Shown: positions 18,731-29,717, numbered from the stretch's first letter. The stretch is 64,000 nucleotides of DNA from an uncultured Nitrososphaerota archaeon (GCA_963842885.1 CAWJIE010000002.1:32001-96000), one strand, 5' to 3'. The notes: generated by a model not told the origin, from the sequence alone. Translations and numbers: made by a program.

Positions 18731-19406
18731 GGTTTGAACCCCGCTTCCGGTGCTCCTATCCCGGCCGGAGCGCCACATGCCATGATTCCATCTCAAGCTG
18801 CGCACTGGCGCGGTAATGCTACCCGGGACCATCTTGTCTACAAGCGCAGGCCGACCGACGCAAGGAGGAACGGACCGGCGAGAATGCCTCGTGCCCGCGG
18901 GCTCGTATCAAGGTGTGGGCTCGGGGCGAAAGAGCCTGGGCTTGTCGCCCGCCTCCTCGATCGCCCATATGACGGGGAGGCAAGGGTGTTCGAAGGCGTC
19001 CGGCGAGCCCTCCTCCACCGGGCATCCGGTGACGCACCGGTCGAGCCTCGGGTCGACCGGACAGCGCCGGAGCTCAGGGCCCTGGAGGAGCCTCTCCTCA
19101 TCCAGGAGCTTGCCGCAGTCCGTGCAGTAGGTGCGCACGACGATGAAGTTGCCGTCCTCCGCCTTCTCGCCGCGGACCCTCACGTGCTTGCAGTCGGCGT
19201 CATGGGCGGAGGGAGCTGGCTCGGAACCGTGGAAGGAACGATCTCTTGAATCATGGAGGGAATCGGACACGGCCCCGAGCACTTGGACATGGTTTGAATC
19301 TAATGCCATTAAGCGTTGGGAGCACAAGCATCGGGCTGCACGCCTGCCCTGGCGGCGACAGTCGCCGAAGGGATTGGACTCAGCAGGGAGGGTCCAGGAG
19401 GATGGG
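18731..19406 (+). repeat. 676-bp direct repeat, copy 2
   Basis: Matches 2107-2782 and begins at CGCAGGTTTGAACCCC. Confidence 0.95.
18908..19270 (-). CDS. Small Cys-rich hypothetical protein, copy 2
   Basis: Homologue of 2284-2646 (CKH...CTDC). Confidence 0.5.
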   Translation of the reverse strand: MSDSLHDSRDRSFHGSEPAPSAHDADCKHVRVRGEKAEDGNFIVVRTYCTDCGKLLDEERLLQGPELRRCPVDPRLDRCVTGCPVEEGSPDAFEHPCLPVIWAIEEAGDKPRLFRPEPTP

Positions 19407-19490
19407 CTCGATGTGACTTTCAATGTTGAAACGAAGCGGGCAGCGTTCGGCTCGGATAAATACCCGTGGTTCTCACTTCGCTGGAAGGGG

Positions 19491-20165
19491 ATGGTCATCG
19501 GAGGACTAAGGCCGAGGATTGGCGCGTTTTCCTTGCTCGGCTTCCTCGTCATCGGCGCGCTGGTCTTTTCGAACATTTCACAGGCCCTTGACGCCCAGCT
19601 GGCCCTGGCGGTCGACCATGCGGACCTTGGCGGCCCGGCGACGGCGGTGATGGTCCTCGCGTCGACCTACGGCAGGGAACTCTTGTGGGTCCTTGTGGTC
19701 GGCGTAATGCTTGTCCTCGGAGACAGGGACACGAAGCTTCTTGCCATCGAGCTCTCCGCACTATTAGTAGCAGGGTTGGTCGGCGGAGACCTGATCAAGG
19801 ACGTGGTGTACAGGGCGAGGCCCTTTGAGACCCTGAGCGGAGTAGTACTGCGCGTCCAGCCGCCCATGGATTCCTCGTTTCCATCGGGGCACGCGCTCAC
19901 GGTCTCCATCGGTGCTGCCTTCGCATTGACTAAGTTCAGGAGGAAGGCCGTCGCCCTGCTTCTCGCTTGCGAGGCCGCCGTGGTCTGCTACTCGCGCGTC
20001 TACGTGGGCGTCCATTACCCTCTCGATGTGGTGGGGGGAGCGCTTCTTGCCGTCGGCATCGTATCGATGGGACTTTTCCTCCTCGACAGGGACTTCGAGC
20101 GCGTCGTGGCCAAGGTCACATCTATTTTCACAAGGGCGCTGGGCGAGGGTCCCCTGCGGCTCTGA
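19491..20165 (+). CDS. PAP2-family membrane phosphatase
   Basis: Motifs KxxxxRARP, SSFPSGH and SRVYVGVHYPLDV. Confidence 0.92.
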   Translation: MVIGGLRPRIGAFSLLGFLVIGALVFSNISQALDAQLALAVDHADLGGPATAVMVLASTYGRELLWVLVVGVMLVLGDRDTKLLAIELSALLVAGLVGGDLIKDVVYRARPFETLSGVVLRVQPPMDSSFPSGHALTVSIGAAFALTKFRRKAVALLLACEAAVVCYSRVYVGVHYPLDVVGGALLAVGIVSMGLFLLDRDFERVVAKVTSIFTRALGEGPLRL

Positions 20166-20433
20166 CCTCTTAAGACTGCTGTGGGCTCGCCCATGAAGAC
20201 GACGAGGACGGGCCCCGACGGAGCCATCGGAGAAGCGGGTCTAGGGAGATGGTCTAGGAGCCGACGAGCTATAGAATGGGGGAGACGCCTCGACTTGGAC
20301 TTAACTGGTGGCCCTGTATCGGTTGTGGTGGGTCAGCACCTTCGCATCACGCCTCACCCTCTGATGCTCTTGCCGGGACAGGGACTGGGGATGCTCAAAT
20401 CTGAAACTGATATGGAGCGTCAGGCAAGCTGTC

Positions 20434-22554
20434 TTATGCCGTCGTCAGAGGTACACAAGTGCTCGGCGGAGAAGCTGGCTCGCTTGGGGGAGAAGGAGGC
20501 GCTGGAGCAACCGGCGCCTGCGATGCCTGACTCGGTGAAGGCCGCCTTCTCCGCCTGATTAGTATTACGCCTAGAACGGCGACAATGACGATGGCTATTG
20601 CTGCAACTGCAAGGTACAGCTGAGTCGAGTCAACAGCCCATGTGGCCGTGATAGTCTTAGGAGAATCGACCGTCACCGACGCCGTGCTGCTCCTGGCGGT
20701 GGAGTCTCCGGACCAGCCCGTGAACACATGGTAGGTGAGTAACCCCGCCGGCACGCTGGAAGGCGACAGAGAGAAGGAGGCGGCAGAACCAGAGTCATAC
20801 CATCCTGCGCCAGCGACGCTGCCATATTCCGATGTGACCGTGACATAGTACTGCGTCTTCCATGAAGCGGACTCTGATACGGGGCCCGCCAGGACGACAT
20901 AGCCAGGATTGTTCGATCCCGAATAGCTCCCCGACCAGCTTGAGAAGACGTACTGAGTGCCCGTCCCTCCCGCTGCGGGGGTGGTGACGCCGAAGCTGGC
21001 CGAGGCGCTGGCGTTGTACCAGCCGGCTCCCTGGGGAGGGCCGTACGAAGAAGTGACCGTGAGGTAGTATTGTGTCGTCCAGGTGCTTGCAGACTCATTG
21101 ATCGCATCATTCATCGTCACCGAGCCCGGGTTATTCGTGCCGCTGTAACTCCCTGCTCCCGCCCCAGTCCAGACTGGGTAGGCGTACTGGACTCCTGTGA
21201 TTCCTGCCTGTGGGGTCGAGATCTGGAAGTCCGCGGTCGAACTGGCATTGTACCAGCCAGTTCCAGTGGGGCTTCCGTAGGTTGACGTGACGTTGAGATA
21301 GTATTGATGGTGATAGGTGAAGGAGATCGTCTGGGTTGCCGATGCGGTGCCCGATGTCGTCTCCGACGTACTCCACCTCTCGGTCGGACCGGAGCCGGGC
21401 AGGCTCGCGTTGACCGACCAGGTACTCCCCAAGTCCAGCGAGTAGCTCTGGGGGGCCGAGCCCAGCGTAGCCGTCAAGGTGTTACCGTCGCTGACGTAGG
21501 TCAGAGTCGGGGAGGAGTAGCCAACTCCTCCTCCAAGGACGGAGGTGCTGAACGTCACGGGCACTTCGGACACAGCGGGCACGGCGCCGCTGATGAACTC
21601 GTAGCCCTTCGCCGCCATGGTCGTGCCGTTCGTGCTAAAGTACTGGAGCTGAGACGGATTCGAAAACGCGAGGTAGAGATAATCGGAGAAGATGGTCGCT
21701 CCGGTGTTAGGGTCCCAGTCGTCGGCCCAGAGCCAGCCTGAGGAGAGGGCGGTGGTGGAGTTGGTGTAGATGACCGGAGAGATGGTGCCTATGCTGGCGG
21801 TCGAATGCCACCACTCGGTCATGAGGCCCGTGAACAGACCATTCCCGTTGTCAGGGCCGCCGGTCTGCCCGACGAAGGTCGTCGCTCCGTGAGCGGTGTA
21901 AGCCTCCTGTGCGCTGGCGCTCGTGTTCCAGTCGAAGGCATACATCACGACGTTTCCGCCGGAGAAGGAGAGGCTGAGAAGGACGATGTCGCCTTCGTTG
22001 ACCGCGCCGCTGAGGGTGGCCAAGCCCCCGCCTCCCGAAGCCGGGAAGACGGAGTTGCCCCCGCTATCGAAGACCTCATAATTCAAGCTGAAGCCGGAGT
22101 TGTGGCCCCCGTTCGCGTTCGGCCAGTTCCAGGAGATCCCTACCTGGTACCAGTATCCCTGATTGGACAGCCCATTGAGGAGATAACCGGGCCCGAATCC
22201 GTTTGCGTCCGACTGTGCCACGGCTGTAACGTTGTAGGCAAGGTAGGCGAAGCTTTGTGTGAAGGTGATCCCGAGTTGGACGTCGTAGTAGCTGGCCGAC
22301 CTGTGAGCGATGGTGACTGGCCCTCCTGAACCGGCCGATTCAGTCTGCACCAGCAGGGGTCCGGGACGAGGCAATCCGGCGAAGGAGGCGGCCGGAGAGG
22401 ACGTCCTCGGGCTCGACTGAAGGGTTGACGCCGCAGCAGAGGAGGCGAGAGGGAGGGTGCCCCGAGCGGCAGAAGCGGAGGTGGCGGGCTGGAAGACGGT
22501 GACGCAGGAGGCTACCATAAGGATGAAGAGGACAGCCAACACATGGTACCGCAA
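20434..22554 (-). CDS. Secreted surface protein: N-terminal beta-rich (thermopsin/G1-like?) domain, InlB-B-like repeats, C-terminal TM anchor
   Basis: Signal peptide, repeated QYYLTVTSxYGxxxGAGWY units, TM helix plus RRRRR. Confidence 0.75.
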   Translation of the reverse strand: MRYHVLAVLFILMVASCVTVFQPATSASAARGTLPLASSAAASTLQSSPRTSSPAASFAGLPRPGPLLVQTESAGSGGPVTIAHRSASYYDVQLGITFTQSFAYLAYNVTAVAQSDANGFGPGYLLNGLSNQGYWYQVGISWNWPNANGGHNSGFSLNYEVFDSGGNSVFPASGGGGLATLSGAVNEGDIVLLSLSFSGGNVVMYAFDWNTSASAQEAYTAHGATTFVGQTGGPDNGNGLFTGLMTEWWHSTASIGTISPVIYTNSTTALSSGWLWADDWDPNTGATIFSDYLYLAFSNPSQLQYFSTNGTTMAAKGYEFISGAVPAVSEVPVTFSTSVLGGGVGYSSPTLTYVSDGNTLTATLGSAPQSYSLDLGSTWSVNASLPGSGPTERWSTSETTSGTASATQTISFTYHHQYYLNVTSTYGSPTGTGWYNASSTADFQISTPQAGITGVQYAYPVWTGAGAGSYSGTNNPGSVTMNDAINESASTWTTQYYLTVTSSYGPPQGAGWYNASASASFGVTTPAAGGTGTQYVFSSWSGSYSGSNNPGYVVLAGPVSESASWKTQYYVTVTSEYGSVAGAGWYDSGSAASFSLSPSSVPAGLLTYHVFTGWSGDSTARSSTASVTVDSPKTITATWAVDSTQLYLAVAAIAIVIVAVLGVILIRRRRRPSPSQASQAPVAPAPPSPPSEPASPPSTCVPLTTA

Positions 22555-22608
22555 ATCGATCTGACCGACCCGTCGACGAGCGAGCTAGCTGGGTATTTAT
22601 GCTACTAG

Positions 22609-22755
22609 TCATATTCGTAGCTCTCGTCCTCCTGGGATACGTGGGCCTGAGGCCAGGTATCTGCAAAGGGTAGCCGCGACCGCCGAACTGGAAATGATCT
22701 TGGCGTACTGCCAGTAGACGAGGTCCCGCACCGTCCTGAAGGCAGCTGGAGGCAT
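22609..22755 (-). pseudogene. Internally deleted remnant of an archaeal conserved (HNH-associated?) gene
   Basis: MPPAAFRTVRDLVYWQYAKIIS resembles the N-terminus of a family I recall, then the sequence diverges abruptly. Not verified by a search. Confidence 0.35.
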
Positions 22756-22885
22756 ACGCATCATCTGATGCGGCACGGAGACGCAAGGCTCGCATTTGGC
22801 CAAGTGAGACATGTCCCAGGCCCCAGCCTGACGGCCTTTCGTCACATCCTGTAGCCTTAACTATAGTGTGCGGCTAGACGGTTGA

Positions 22886-23446
22886 GTGATGATGCCTTCG
22901 GAATTCAAGGAGGTCTTCTTCGACATGGAGACCACGGGCTTCGACCCCTTCGACTGCCACATAATCACAATCCAGGTCAGGGAGGACGGCAAGACGACCG
23001 TCTGGCCCGTATGGACCTCCTCGGAGCGCCAGGTCGTCAACTCCTTCCTCTCCTACACCGACTCCGTCTTCAGGAAGGAGACGCGCTTCATCGGCTACAA
23101 CCTCCTGAAGTTCGACGTCCCCTTCCTCACGGAGAGGATGCACTCCCTGGGCCTCCTCACCTACGACTCCTGGGCGAGGGTGAACAGGGAGCTGGGCTGG
23201 TTCGACATGTACCAGCTCCTGGGTGACCGTTTCGGGAGGTTCAGGGAGTGGAAGCTGGGATTGACCGGGAGGGCTGCGGAGACGGTGAACAAGGAGATAC
23301 CACAGCTTTACGTCGAGAAGAAGTACAACACGGTAATCGAGTACATCGAGGACGAGATGGAGGGCTACGAGTTGGTGTACCAGGCGATCAAGAGGGAGAA
23401 GTTCTACTCGGAGCTCATGGCGCTCAGGGAGAGGCTGCTGAACTGA
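22886..23446 (+). CDS. RNase H-like DEDD 3'-5' exonuclease domain protein
   Basis: FFDMETTG, IGYNLLKFDVPFL and Y..DE match ExoI/II/III-like motifs. Confidence 0.8.
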   Translation: MMMPSEFKEVFFDMETTGFDPFDCHIITIQVREDGKTTVWPVWTSSERQVVNSFLSYTDSVFRKETRFIGYNLLKFDVPFLTERMHSLGLLTYDSWARVNRELGWFDMYQLLGDRFGRFREWKLGLTGRAAETVNKEIPQLYVEKKYNTVIEYIEDEMEGYELVYQAIKREKFYSELMALRERLLN

Positions 23447-23668
23447 CTCTGCCTAAGCGCTGCTGGTTCCGGGAGGAACCTCCTCCCGCCTTCCAGGATA
23501 TGAGATTCTGTTGCATGCTCGTCGGCCACGGCTTCGCCCGTCCCTGGAGTATGGTTGCCCTATTCACAGCCTGAAGCCCCATCTTCGTCAGAGCCACTTC
23601 CGTCGACAAACGGGTCAGAAGGAATTCCCAACCTTGCATCTAAATCCCCCTAGCTACATGGTGCCGAT

Positions 23669-23980
23669 ATGAGCGTGAAAAAGGGAGGGGTGGAGTGGGA
23701 GGAGGAGCCGTCCGAAGGATTGGCGGAGCTGGATGTGGCAGACCTGGACCTCGCCTGGGGGGTGTTGAAGGAGGGATTGGCGGATGCGAAGGACGTGCTT
23801 GAGGGGAAGGTCACGCCGGAGGACAGCGCGTTCGCCTCCGAGGAGCGGGCCAAACGCATCATGGAGGCGGCCCAGCAGGTAAAGGGCGCCCTGTTCGAGA
23901 TGGAGATGTTCCCCCTCTGGAACATGCTCGGAGATCGTCCGCGAGCGCAAGATGATGGGGCTCGACTCCTAGGGTGTTAG
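23669..23980 (+). CDS. Hypothetical acidic protein
   Basis: 103-aa ORF with host-like codon usage. Confidence 0.5.
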   Translation: MSVKKGGVEWEEEPSEGLAELDVADLDLAWGVLKEGLADAKDVLEGKVTPEDSAFASEERAKRIMEAAQQVKGALFEMEMFPLWNMLGDRPRAQDDGARLLGC

Positions 23981-24061
23981 CCGCATCCGTCCCAAAGCAG
24001 AGGAGACGGGCGGCAGAGTGCCCTGGCTTCGCAAGACCTAGCCTCATTCCTCGAGGCACGG

Positions 24062-24271
24062 CTATCCGCGCTTGGCCTTAGTCTCCGTCCCTTCCATCTG
24101 CCTTACTCTTGAGAGAACCGCCCTGCCTTTCCGGGTGGCTGAGAATATCTTTCCGACCCTGGCTCCGGGAGTGAGGCACTCCACCAGCTCCTTCGATTGC
24201 AGCTCCCGCAGGGCTCTTCTTACGTTCGTGAGGCTGGCGACCAGCTCGCGCGCAAGGGCCGTAGGGGTCAT
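24062..24271 (-). pseudogene. N-terminally truncated wHTH regulator
   Basis: TPTALA...NVRRALRELQSKELVECLTP...KG; an in-frame stop lies just upstream. Confidence 0.6.
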
Positions 24272-24502
24272 CCGTTTCTAGAGTCTGTTGAGATGTGGAG
24301 CGGTCTCTCTCACATGATAGGTCGTGAGATGCTGCCCGCCGCCGATCTGCTGACCTTTGGCCCGTCTCTGGAATATCGGCGCTCTTCTCATGGCGGGAGA
24401 CCCGAACTGAGGAACTGCGTTTCATGCGCCCCTAAGTTAAAATACCATGCTCGTCTCTCATCTGTGTGGTTCAGAGTGGGGAGTCTCCCTAGGGGCAGGG
24501 CA

Positions 24503-25351
24503 GTGGCGCCGTTTCCGCCGCGAATGTGGCTGCCCCTGTATGCGCTCAAGAAGCTGGGCAAGGTCTACTCCAAGACTAAGCTCCAGAAGCTGGTCTTCCT
24601 GGCCCAGTATGAGGCTCGTCTCGACCTCTACGACTTCAGGAAGTACCCTTACGGCCCCTATTCCCCTGACCTGAACCTTGAGACGCTGATGTATCCGACC
24701 CTGATCAAGGCGGAGATCAACACGTCCTCCCTCGACCCCCAGAGGCAGTACTACCTGTTCGAGCTCGGACCCGAAGGTGGGAAAGCCCTCTCAGCCCTGA
24801 CGGCGAAGGTCGGCAGGGCCTACCTCAAGAGAGTCGACGAAACGCTACAGCACTACTCGAAGATGAAGACGCCGGAGCTCCTGGAAGACGTCTACAGGCG
24901 GTTTGCCCTGAAGGACGAAGATTCGGCCAAGCTCGAGACAAGCGTCAAAGTGGAGCTGGAGCCAATCAGGTCCGCGAACGATCAGTACTTCTACACGCAC
25001 GGCAACAGGCAATCCTTCTTCCTTCTGCTGCAGCTCCACCTCCTTGAGCGTGCCATCGGCGCCCTTGGCAAGACCCCCGACACCGTGCAGAGGGGGGTCA
25101 TCCTCAACCTAGGCCAGGAGATGATCGCGAAGACCAGGGACGCCCTGGGCGACATGGCCGCGGGGGCCGACTCGTCAATGCTGCGCCCCAAGTTCGTCGA
25201 CCTGGGGGACCTGACCAGGTACCTTCGCGAGTACTGTGACGCCAGGGGCATCCTTCGGGACACCTTGAAGCAGCAGCTGAAGGAGCTGATGTCGGAGGAC
25301 GAAGCCAAACGTCTCGCAGAGGCCCTAGCCCAAGTGGAGCTGGCCGCATAG
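24503..25351 (+). CDS. Panacea/SocA (DUF4065)-like antitoxin with C-terminal extension
   Basis: SKTKLQKLVFL...YDFRKYPYGPYS motif. Confidence 0.72.
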   Translation: MAPFPPRMWLPLYALKKLGKVYSKTKLQKLVFLAQYEARLDLYDFRKYPYGPYSPDLNLETLMYPTLIKAEINTSSLDPQRQYYLFELGPEGGKALSALTAKVGRAYLKRVDETLQHYSKMKTPELLEDVYRRFALKDEDSAKLETSVKVELEPIRSANDQYFYTHGNRQSFFLLLQLHLLERAIGALGKTPDTVQRGVILNLGQEMIAKTRDALGDMAAGADSSMLRPKFVDLGDLTRYLREYCDARGILRDTLKQQLKELMSEDEAKRLAEALAQVELAA

Positions 25352-25929
25352 TCCTCCTCGACGCAAATGTATGCCTAGCCTACTGTATCAGCTTCAAGTA
25401 TGGAAGACGGCCCATACGGCTGAAATACTCCAAGAGCATGACGTGGTACCTCACTCAACAGTTGGGAAGACCCGGAGTGGGCGTGTCAGAGCTCGTCGCG
25501 GGAGAGACTGGCAACAAGATATGGGATCTGGTCACCAACATCTGGTACAGGGAGCGGATGGCGAACCTTGTCGCGCCGGAGACGCTGGTCGACCTGGCCT
25601 TCGAGAGACTGAGAAGGCTCCTCGCCAAGTCCGAGAAGATACGCGACGAAAGAGGACATCTTCAGGATGTGAAGGAGATGTACCGCTCAATTTGGGAGGA
25701 CCCCTCCAAGGCGGACATGGTGAGGACTTGGGCCCGGTTGAAGGGCAAGAAGCCCGAAGACGGCCCGCCCTCCGGCAACGACCTTGTGATACTCTCGACT
25801 GCGGCCAAGCTATCCGAAACGCGCGATACGGAGCTGCTAACGTTCGACTCCGACTTCACGGTGTTCTCAGACGAAATCAAGGAGAGGTTCAGGGTCAGGG
25901 TCAGCAACGCGGGCGCCATACCTTCATAA
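25348..25929 (+). CDS. PIN-domain protein (putative toxin); start is non-canonical or uncertain
   Basis: In-frame IVLLDANV upstream of the called ATG at 25438, plus C-terminal SGNDLVIL and LLTFDSDF. Confidence 0.72.
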   Translation: MVLLDANVCLAYCISFKYGRRPIRLKYSKSMTWYLTQQLGRPGVGVSELVAGETGNKIWDLVTNIWYRERMANLVAPETLVDLAFERLRRLLAKSEKIRDERGHLQDVKEMYRSIWEDPSKADMVRTWARLKGKKPEDGPPSGNDLVILSTAAKLSETRDTELLTFDSDFTVFSDEIKERFRVRVSNAGAIPS

Positions 25930-25961
25930 GAGCCATGCACTCTACGCATTCTAAGGGCGGC

Positions 25962-27017
25962 ATGTCCATGAGAGAGCAGGCGAGCGAGATCGGAATGGAG
26001 CTTCACGTGACAGAGGGCCCGCTGAGGGTCGGCCTCACCTTCGACACCAGAGACGACTTCAGGTTCGCCAGCCCCGAGCCGGAGGACTGGGACGCCGAGT
26101 TCGCCGTGTCGGTGGCCGTAGACGACATCGCCCACGCCCTCGAAGACCTGGGCCACGAAGCGCTCTACATCGGGAGCGGGAGGAAGCTGCTGGACGGCTT
26201 CGGGGAGTACAGGGGGAAGGTGGACATCGTCTTCAACATCGCGGAGGGCTACTTCGGCAGGGCGAGGGAGGCCCAGGTCCCGGCCATGCTCGAGATGGCC
26301 GGCGTCCCCTACGTGGGCTCCGACGCCTACTCCCTGGCGCTCTCCCTTAACAAGTGGCACACTAAAGTCCTCGCCTCCTACTACCAGGTCAGGACCCCCG
26401 GCTTCTCCCTGGTCCGCAACGAGGAGGAGATCGAACTCTGCCGCCCCAGGTCCTACCCGGCCATCTGCAAGCTCTGCTACGAGGGAAGCAGCAAGGGCCT
26501 AAGAGAGGACTCGATCGTCCACGATAGAGCTGGAATGAAGCGACAGGTCAGGTTCCTCCTGCGGACGTACAGACAACCGGTCCTGGTCGAGGAGTTCATC
26601 AAGGGAAAGGAGATAGACGTCCCGATAATAGGGACCCTCCCGAAGAAGGCCTTCGGCGTGGTGGGGATTTCGTTGGGCGGCTCCCTAAGTCTGGGGGAAA
26701 GGTTCCTCACCTCCAAGATAGTCGGAGCGGACTCCTACGGGTTCAAGTTCCCGCTCGAAGAGCCCTTCGTTCAAGAGGCCGACTCCATGTCCGTCTTGAT
26801 GTACAGCATCCTTGACTGCAGGGACTTCGGCCGAGTCGACATGCGGATAGACGAAGAGGGGAGGCCCTACTTTCTGGAGATCAACCCCTACCCCTACCTG
26901 GGGAAGCACAGCAGCTTCAACGAAATCGCTGTGAAGTCAGGCCTGGGCTACACGAAGATGATAGGGTTGATACTGCAGAGCGCGCTCGAAAGGCAGACCG
27001 TGAAGAGACACGCCTAG
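25962..27017 (+). CDS. D-Ala-D-Ala-ligase-like ATP-grasp enzyme
   Basis: Motifs DIVFNIAEG, GVPYVGSD, EGSSKG, LVEEFIKGKE, RVDMR and LEINPYP. Confidence 0.85.
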   Translation: MSMREQASEIGMELHVTEGPLRVGLTFDTRDDFRFASPEPEDWDAEFAVSVAVDDIAHALEDLGHEALYIGSGRKLLDGFGEYRGKVDIVFNIAEGYFGRAREAQVPAMLEMAGVPYVGSDAYSLALSLNKWHTKVLASYYQVRTPGFSLVRNEEEIELCRPRSYPAICKLCYEGSSKGLREDSIVHDRAGMKRQVRFLLRTYRQPVLVEEFIKGKEIDVPIIGTLPKKAFGVVGISLGGSLSLGERFLTSKIVGADSYGFKFPLEEPFVQEADSMSVLMYSILDCRDFGRVDMRIDEEGRPYFLEINPYPYLGKHSSFNEIAVKSGLGYTKMIGLILQSALERQTVKRHA

Positions 27018-29548
27018 TCGAGGATGTGGATGTCGCAGGGGTAGTAGTCCAGCTCGTAGAACCACTTCTGAGGCCGCCTTGTCCTGAACAGCACCTCCGC
27101 CTCCTTCAGCGCCGCATCGGCCTCGGAGGCAAGACCAAGGCTCCTGAGGGATCCGGCCTTGGCCTTGAGCCGCTTGGCCTTCACGAGCTCTGCATCCCCC
27201 TTCCACGAGTTGGGCTCGTACCACTCCAGCCACCGCAGCGCCTCACGATGCCTGCCGAGGGATGCTAACGTCGTGGCCAGGTTGAAGGAGAAGTAGTCCT
27301 GGATCAAGGACTCCCCAGACCCTTCGACCTGGGGGATCAGTGACTCCAGCTTGGAGAGGGCCAGCTCGGGCCTCCCCTCCATCCTCTCCAAAATCGCCAA
27401 GTTACTGGAAGAGCATATATCGTTGAAGGCTTCGCTGCTCCTCGTTTCGGCCTCTTCAAACATGGAGCGCGCCTTGCCCAGTTCGCCCGTCACCGTATAG
27501 ACGACGCCCAGGTTGTTCAGGGAGGCGTCGACTTCATACGCATCTATCCTCCTGTAGGTCTCCAGTGCCTCAAGCAGGTTCTTCTGGGCGCAGTCGAAAT
27601 CCCCCAGATACATGAGCTCCGCGCCGAGGTTGTTGAGGCACCTTGCGGTCTCGATGGTCGCCCCGGTCCTCCGGAAGGTCTCCAGAGCAGACCCGATGTA
27701 TCCTATGGCGCGGCGCGAATCGTAAATCATGCCCGACTTCCTCTGAAGCACCGCAAGGCCCGTTTCATCTCTCGCCAGATTGAAGGCCTTCTGGCTTTCG
27801 CCGAAGCGCTTGACGGCCTTGTCGAAATTGCCGAAGTGGTCCAACACGGTTGCCAAAGCCGAGAGGGCCCTCCCCAGCTCCTGCTGTCGTCCTAGCAACT
27901 GGAAGCCATTCACCGCGTCCTCCAGGTGTCTCACCGCTTCAGCGCTCACCTCTTTCGTTCCGATATAGCGACAGCATTCTCCCGCGATAAGGTGGCTCTC
28001 AGCCGACAAAGCGGGATTAACGTCATTTGACTCGATTAACCGAAGCGCCGTAGTCCTTGCCAGCTCGAACTTCCCGTCCTGGAATTCCGCGCTCGCGAGC
28101 CGGAGTAGGAGTCGTCCGTGCTCTAGACCTTCACGCCGGACGAAGCCCGAGTCGACTAGGGAAAGACACTGCTCCAGATCGGCTGCCGCTCCCGCGTATC
28201 CAAATTCCGCCGATGACCTTTCGGCCGCTTGACCGAATAGCCTGTAGGCGTCATCATACCTCTCTGCAAACCTGTAATGAGTCGCTATGTCCGCCAGACT
28301 TGTCGGACCGCCGCTCTTTCTTTCGAGGCATGATGCCACCTTGAGGTGGACCGCTGTCGAAATCGAGCCGAGCTCCGACAGGATCACTTCTCGGGTGATT
28401 TCATGGTCGAATTCGTACCGGTCGGGCGAATCAGCGACGCGGACGATGTGGTAAATCTCTTCCAAGGACTCCAAGCGGTGCTTAAGTCTCAGGACGTCCG
28501 TCTCCATGACATCCGCAAGGTCCGCGACTGAAAACTCGCGTCCAAGAGCCGCGGCGTAATCAAGCGAAAGTCTTGCCTCGGGGTCATCATCATTTATCCT
28601 GAGCAGATTTCTGGCGATGAGATTCCGTATTTCCTTCGGCGCGGCCTCATGCCCCGTGGAGAAGGTCGGCCAGCCCGGCTCCTTCTGCCCCTTGCCTGTC
28701 TCGATTGCCTCCCTGACGATGCCCGAGATGAGCATCGGGTTCCCCTCCGTCCGCTCCAGTAGGACGGCCATCTGGCCCTCGGCGATCAATCTGCCGGTCA
28801 ACAGCCTCTTTACCATCTCCGTCGAAGCCCCATGTGGGATCGGCCTCAGCTCTATCAGGTCGACCGATTTGCTGTCCGTGTCATGCAAAATGCCCTGAAG
28901 CGTCTCCGTGCTCTGTCGCTCCCGCTGCAAGCTCGGATACCCCTCTCTGAGGCAGAGCACAAGGAGGGCCTTGCACCTCCCTATCCTTTCGGTCAGATAG
29001 CCCAGAGACTCTAAGAGGAGGAGTCGGCCCACTGGGCATCGTCCACAAAGGCGACGACAGTCTTCTTCTTGGATAGCTTTTCTATGAGCGTCAGGACGAC
29101 TTCGTTCACGTAGTATGATTGTGAAAGGATCCTGAGGTCCGCTGCGGTCAGCCCAGAGAAGTCCTTGTAGGCATCCAACGATGCCCCAACCAAACCTCCA
29201 ATCGATGGGATGAGCTTTCCAAGGTTCATGGCCGTCAGGGCCACCTGCCTTCCGTACCGCAGGAGGGTCCCCTTCCTCAGGACGGGCTCGATCAGCTCAG
29301 TGATGGTGACGAAGGGCGCCGAAAGATACCTGGCGACCAGCTGCCCGGAGGATAACGGCCTCCTTCTCATCGAGACCTCCTAGGAATTCGTTGACAAGAG
29401 AAGTCTTCCCTATGCCGGGTTCACCCCTAACGAATACGACCCTGCCGGCGCCAGTCTCGACTACCTCTTTTAGAGCCTTTCGGAGAGCTGAGAGCTGCTC
29501 CTCCCTGTCAACGAAGATTGGCTGCGTTTCAGCCCTGGCCCTTGACAT
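27014..29548 (-). pseudogene. STAND-type AAA ATPase + TPR protein, split by two frameshifts (~29340, ~29015)
   Basis: Three overlapping ORFs together give FVDRE, Walker A GEPGIGKT, Walker B VDDAQWAD, EGNP, F.HEITRE and TPRs (LNNLG). Confidence 0.8.
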
Positions 29549-29717
29549 GGGTCATGGAAAAGGAGGTCGGAGGGCTTATTAATCCTGTCCTGCTGGCTCA
29601 CCCGTCAATTGAAACTAGGGCCTGGAGGCCGTATGCGGCTCCTGACTCTCATGTCTTGTATGCTCGATCCGGACGCATCAGCCTCGTTTTTGAGCTCTCG
29701 AGACGAGACAGAGCGCT

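Noticed and set aside
25371-25961. N-terminal 197 aa of the 548-aa ORF
   Set aside because: It is an out-of-frame overlap with the PIN gene; ATP-grasp homology starts near 25962.
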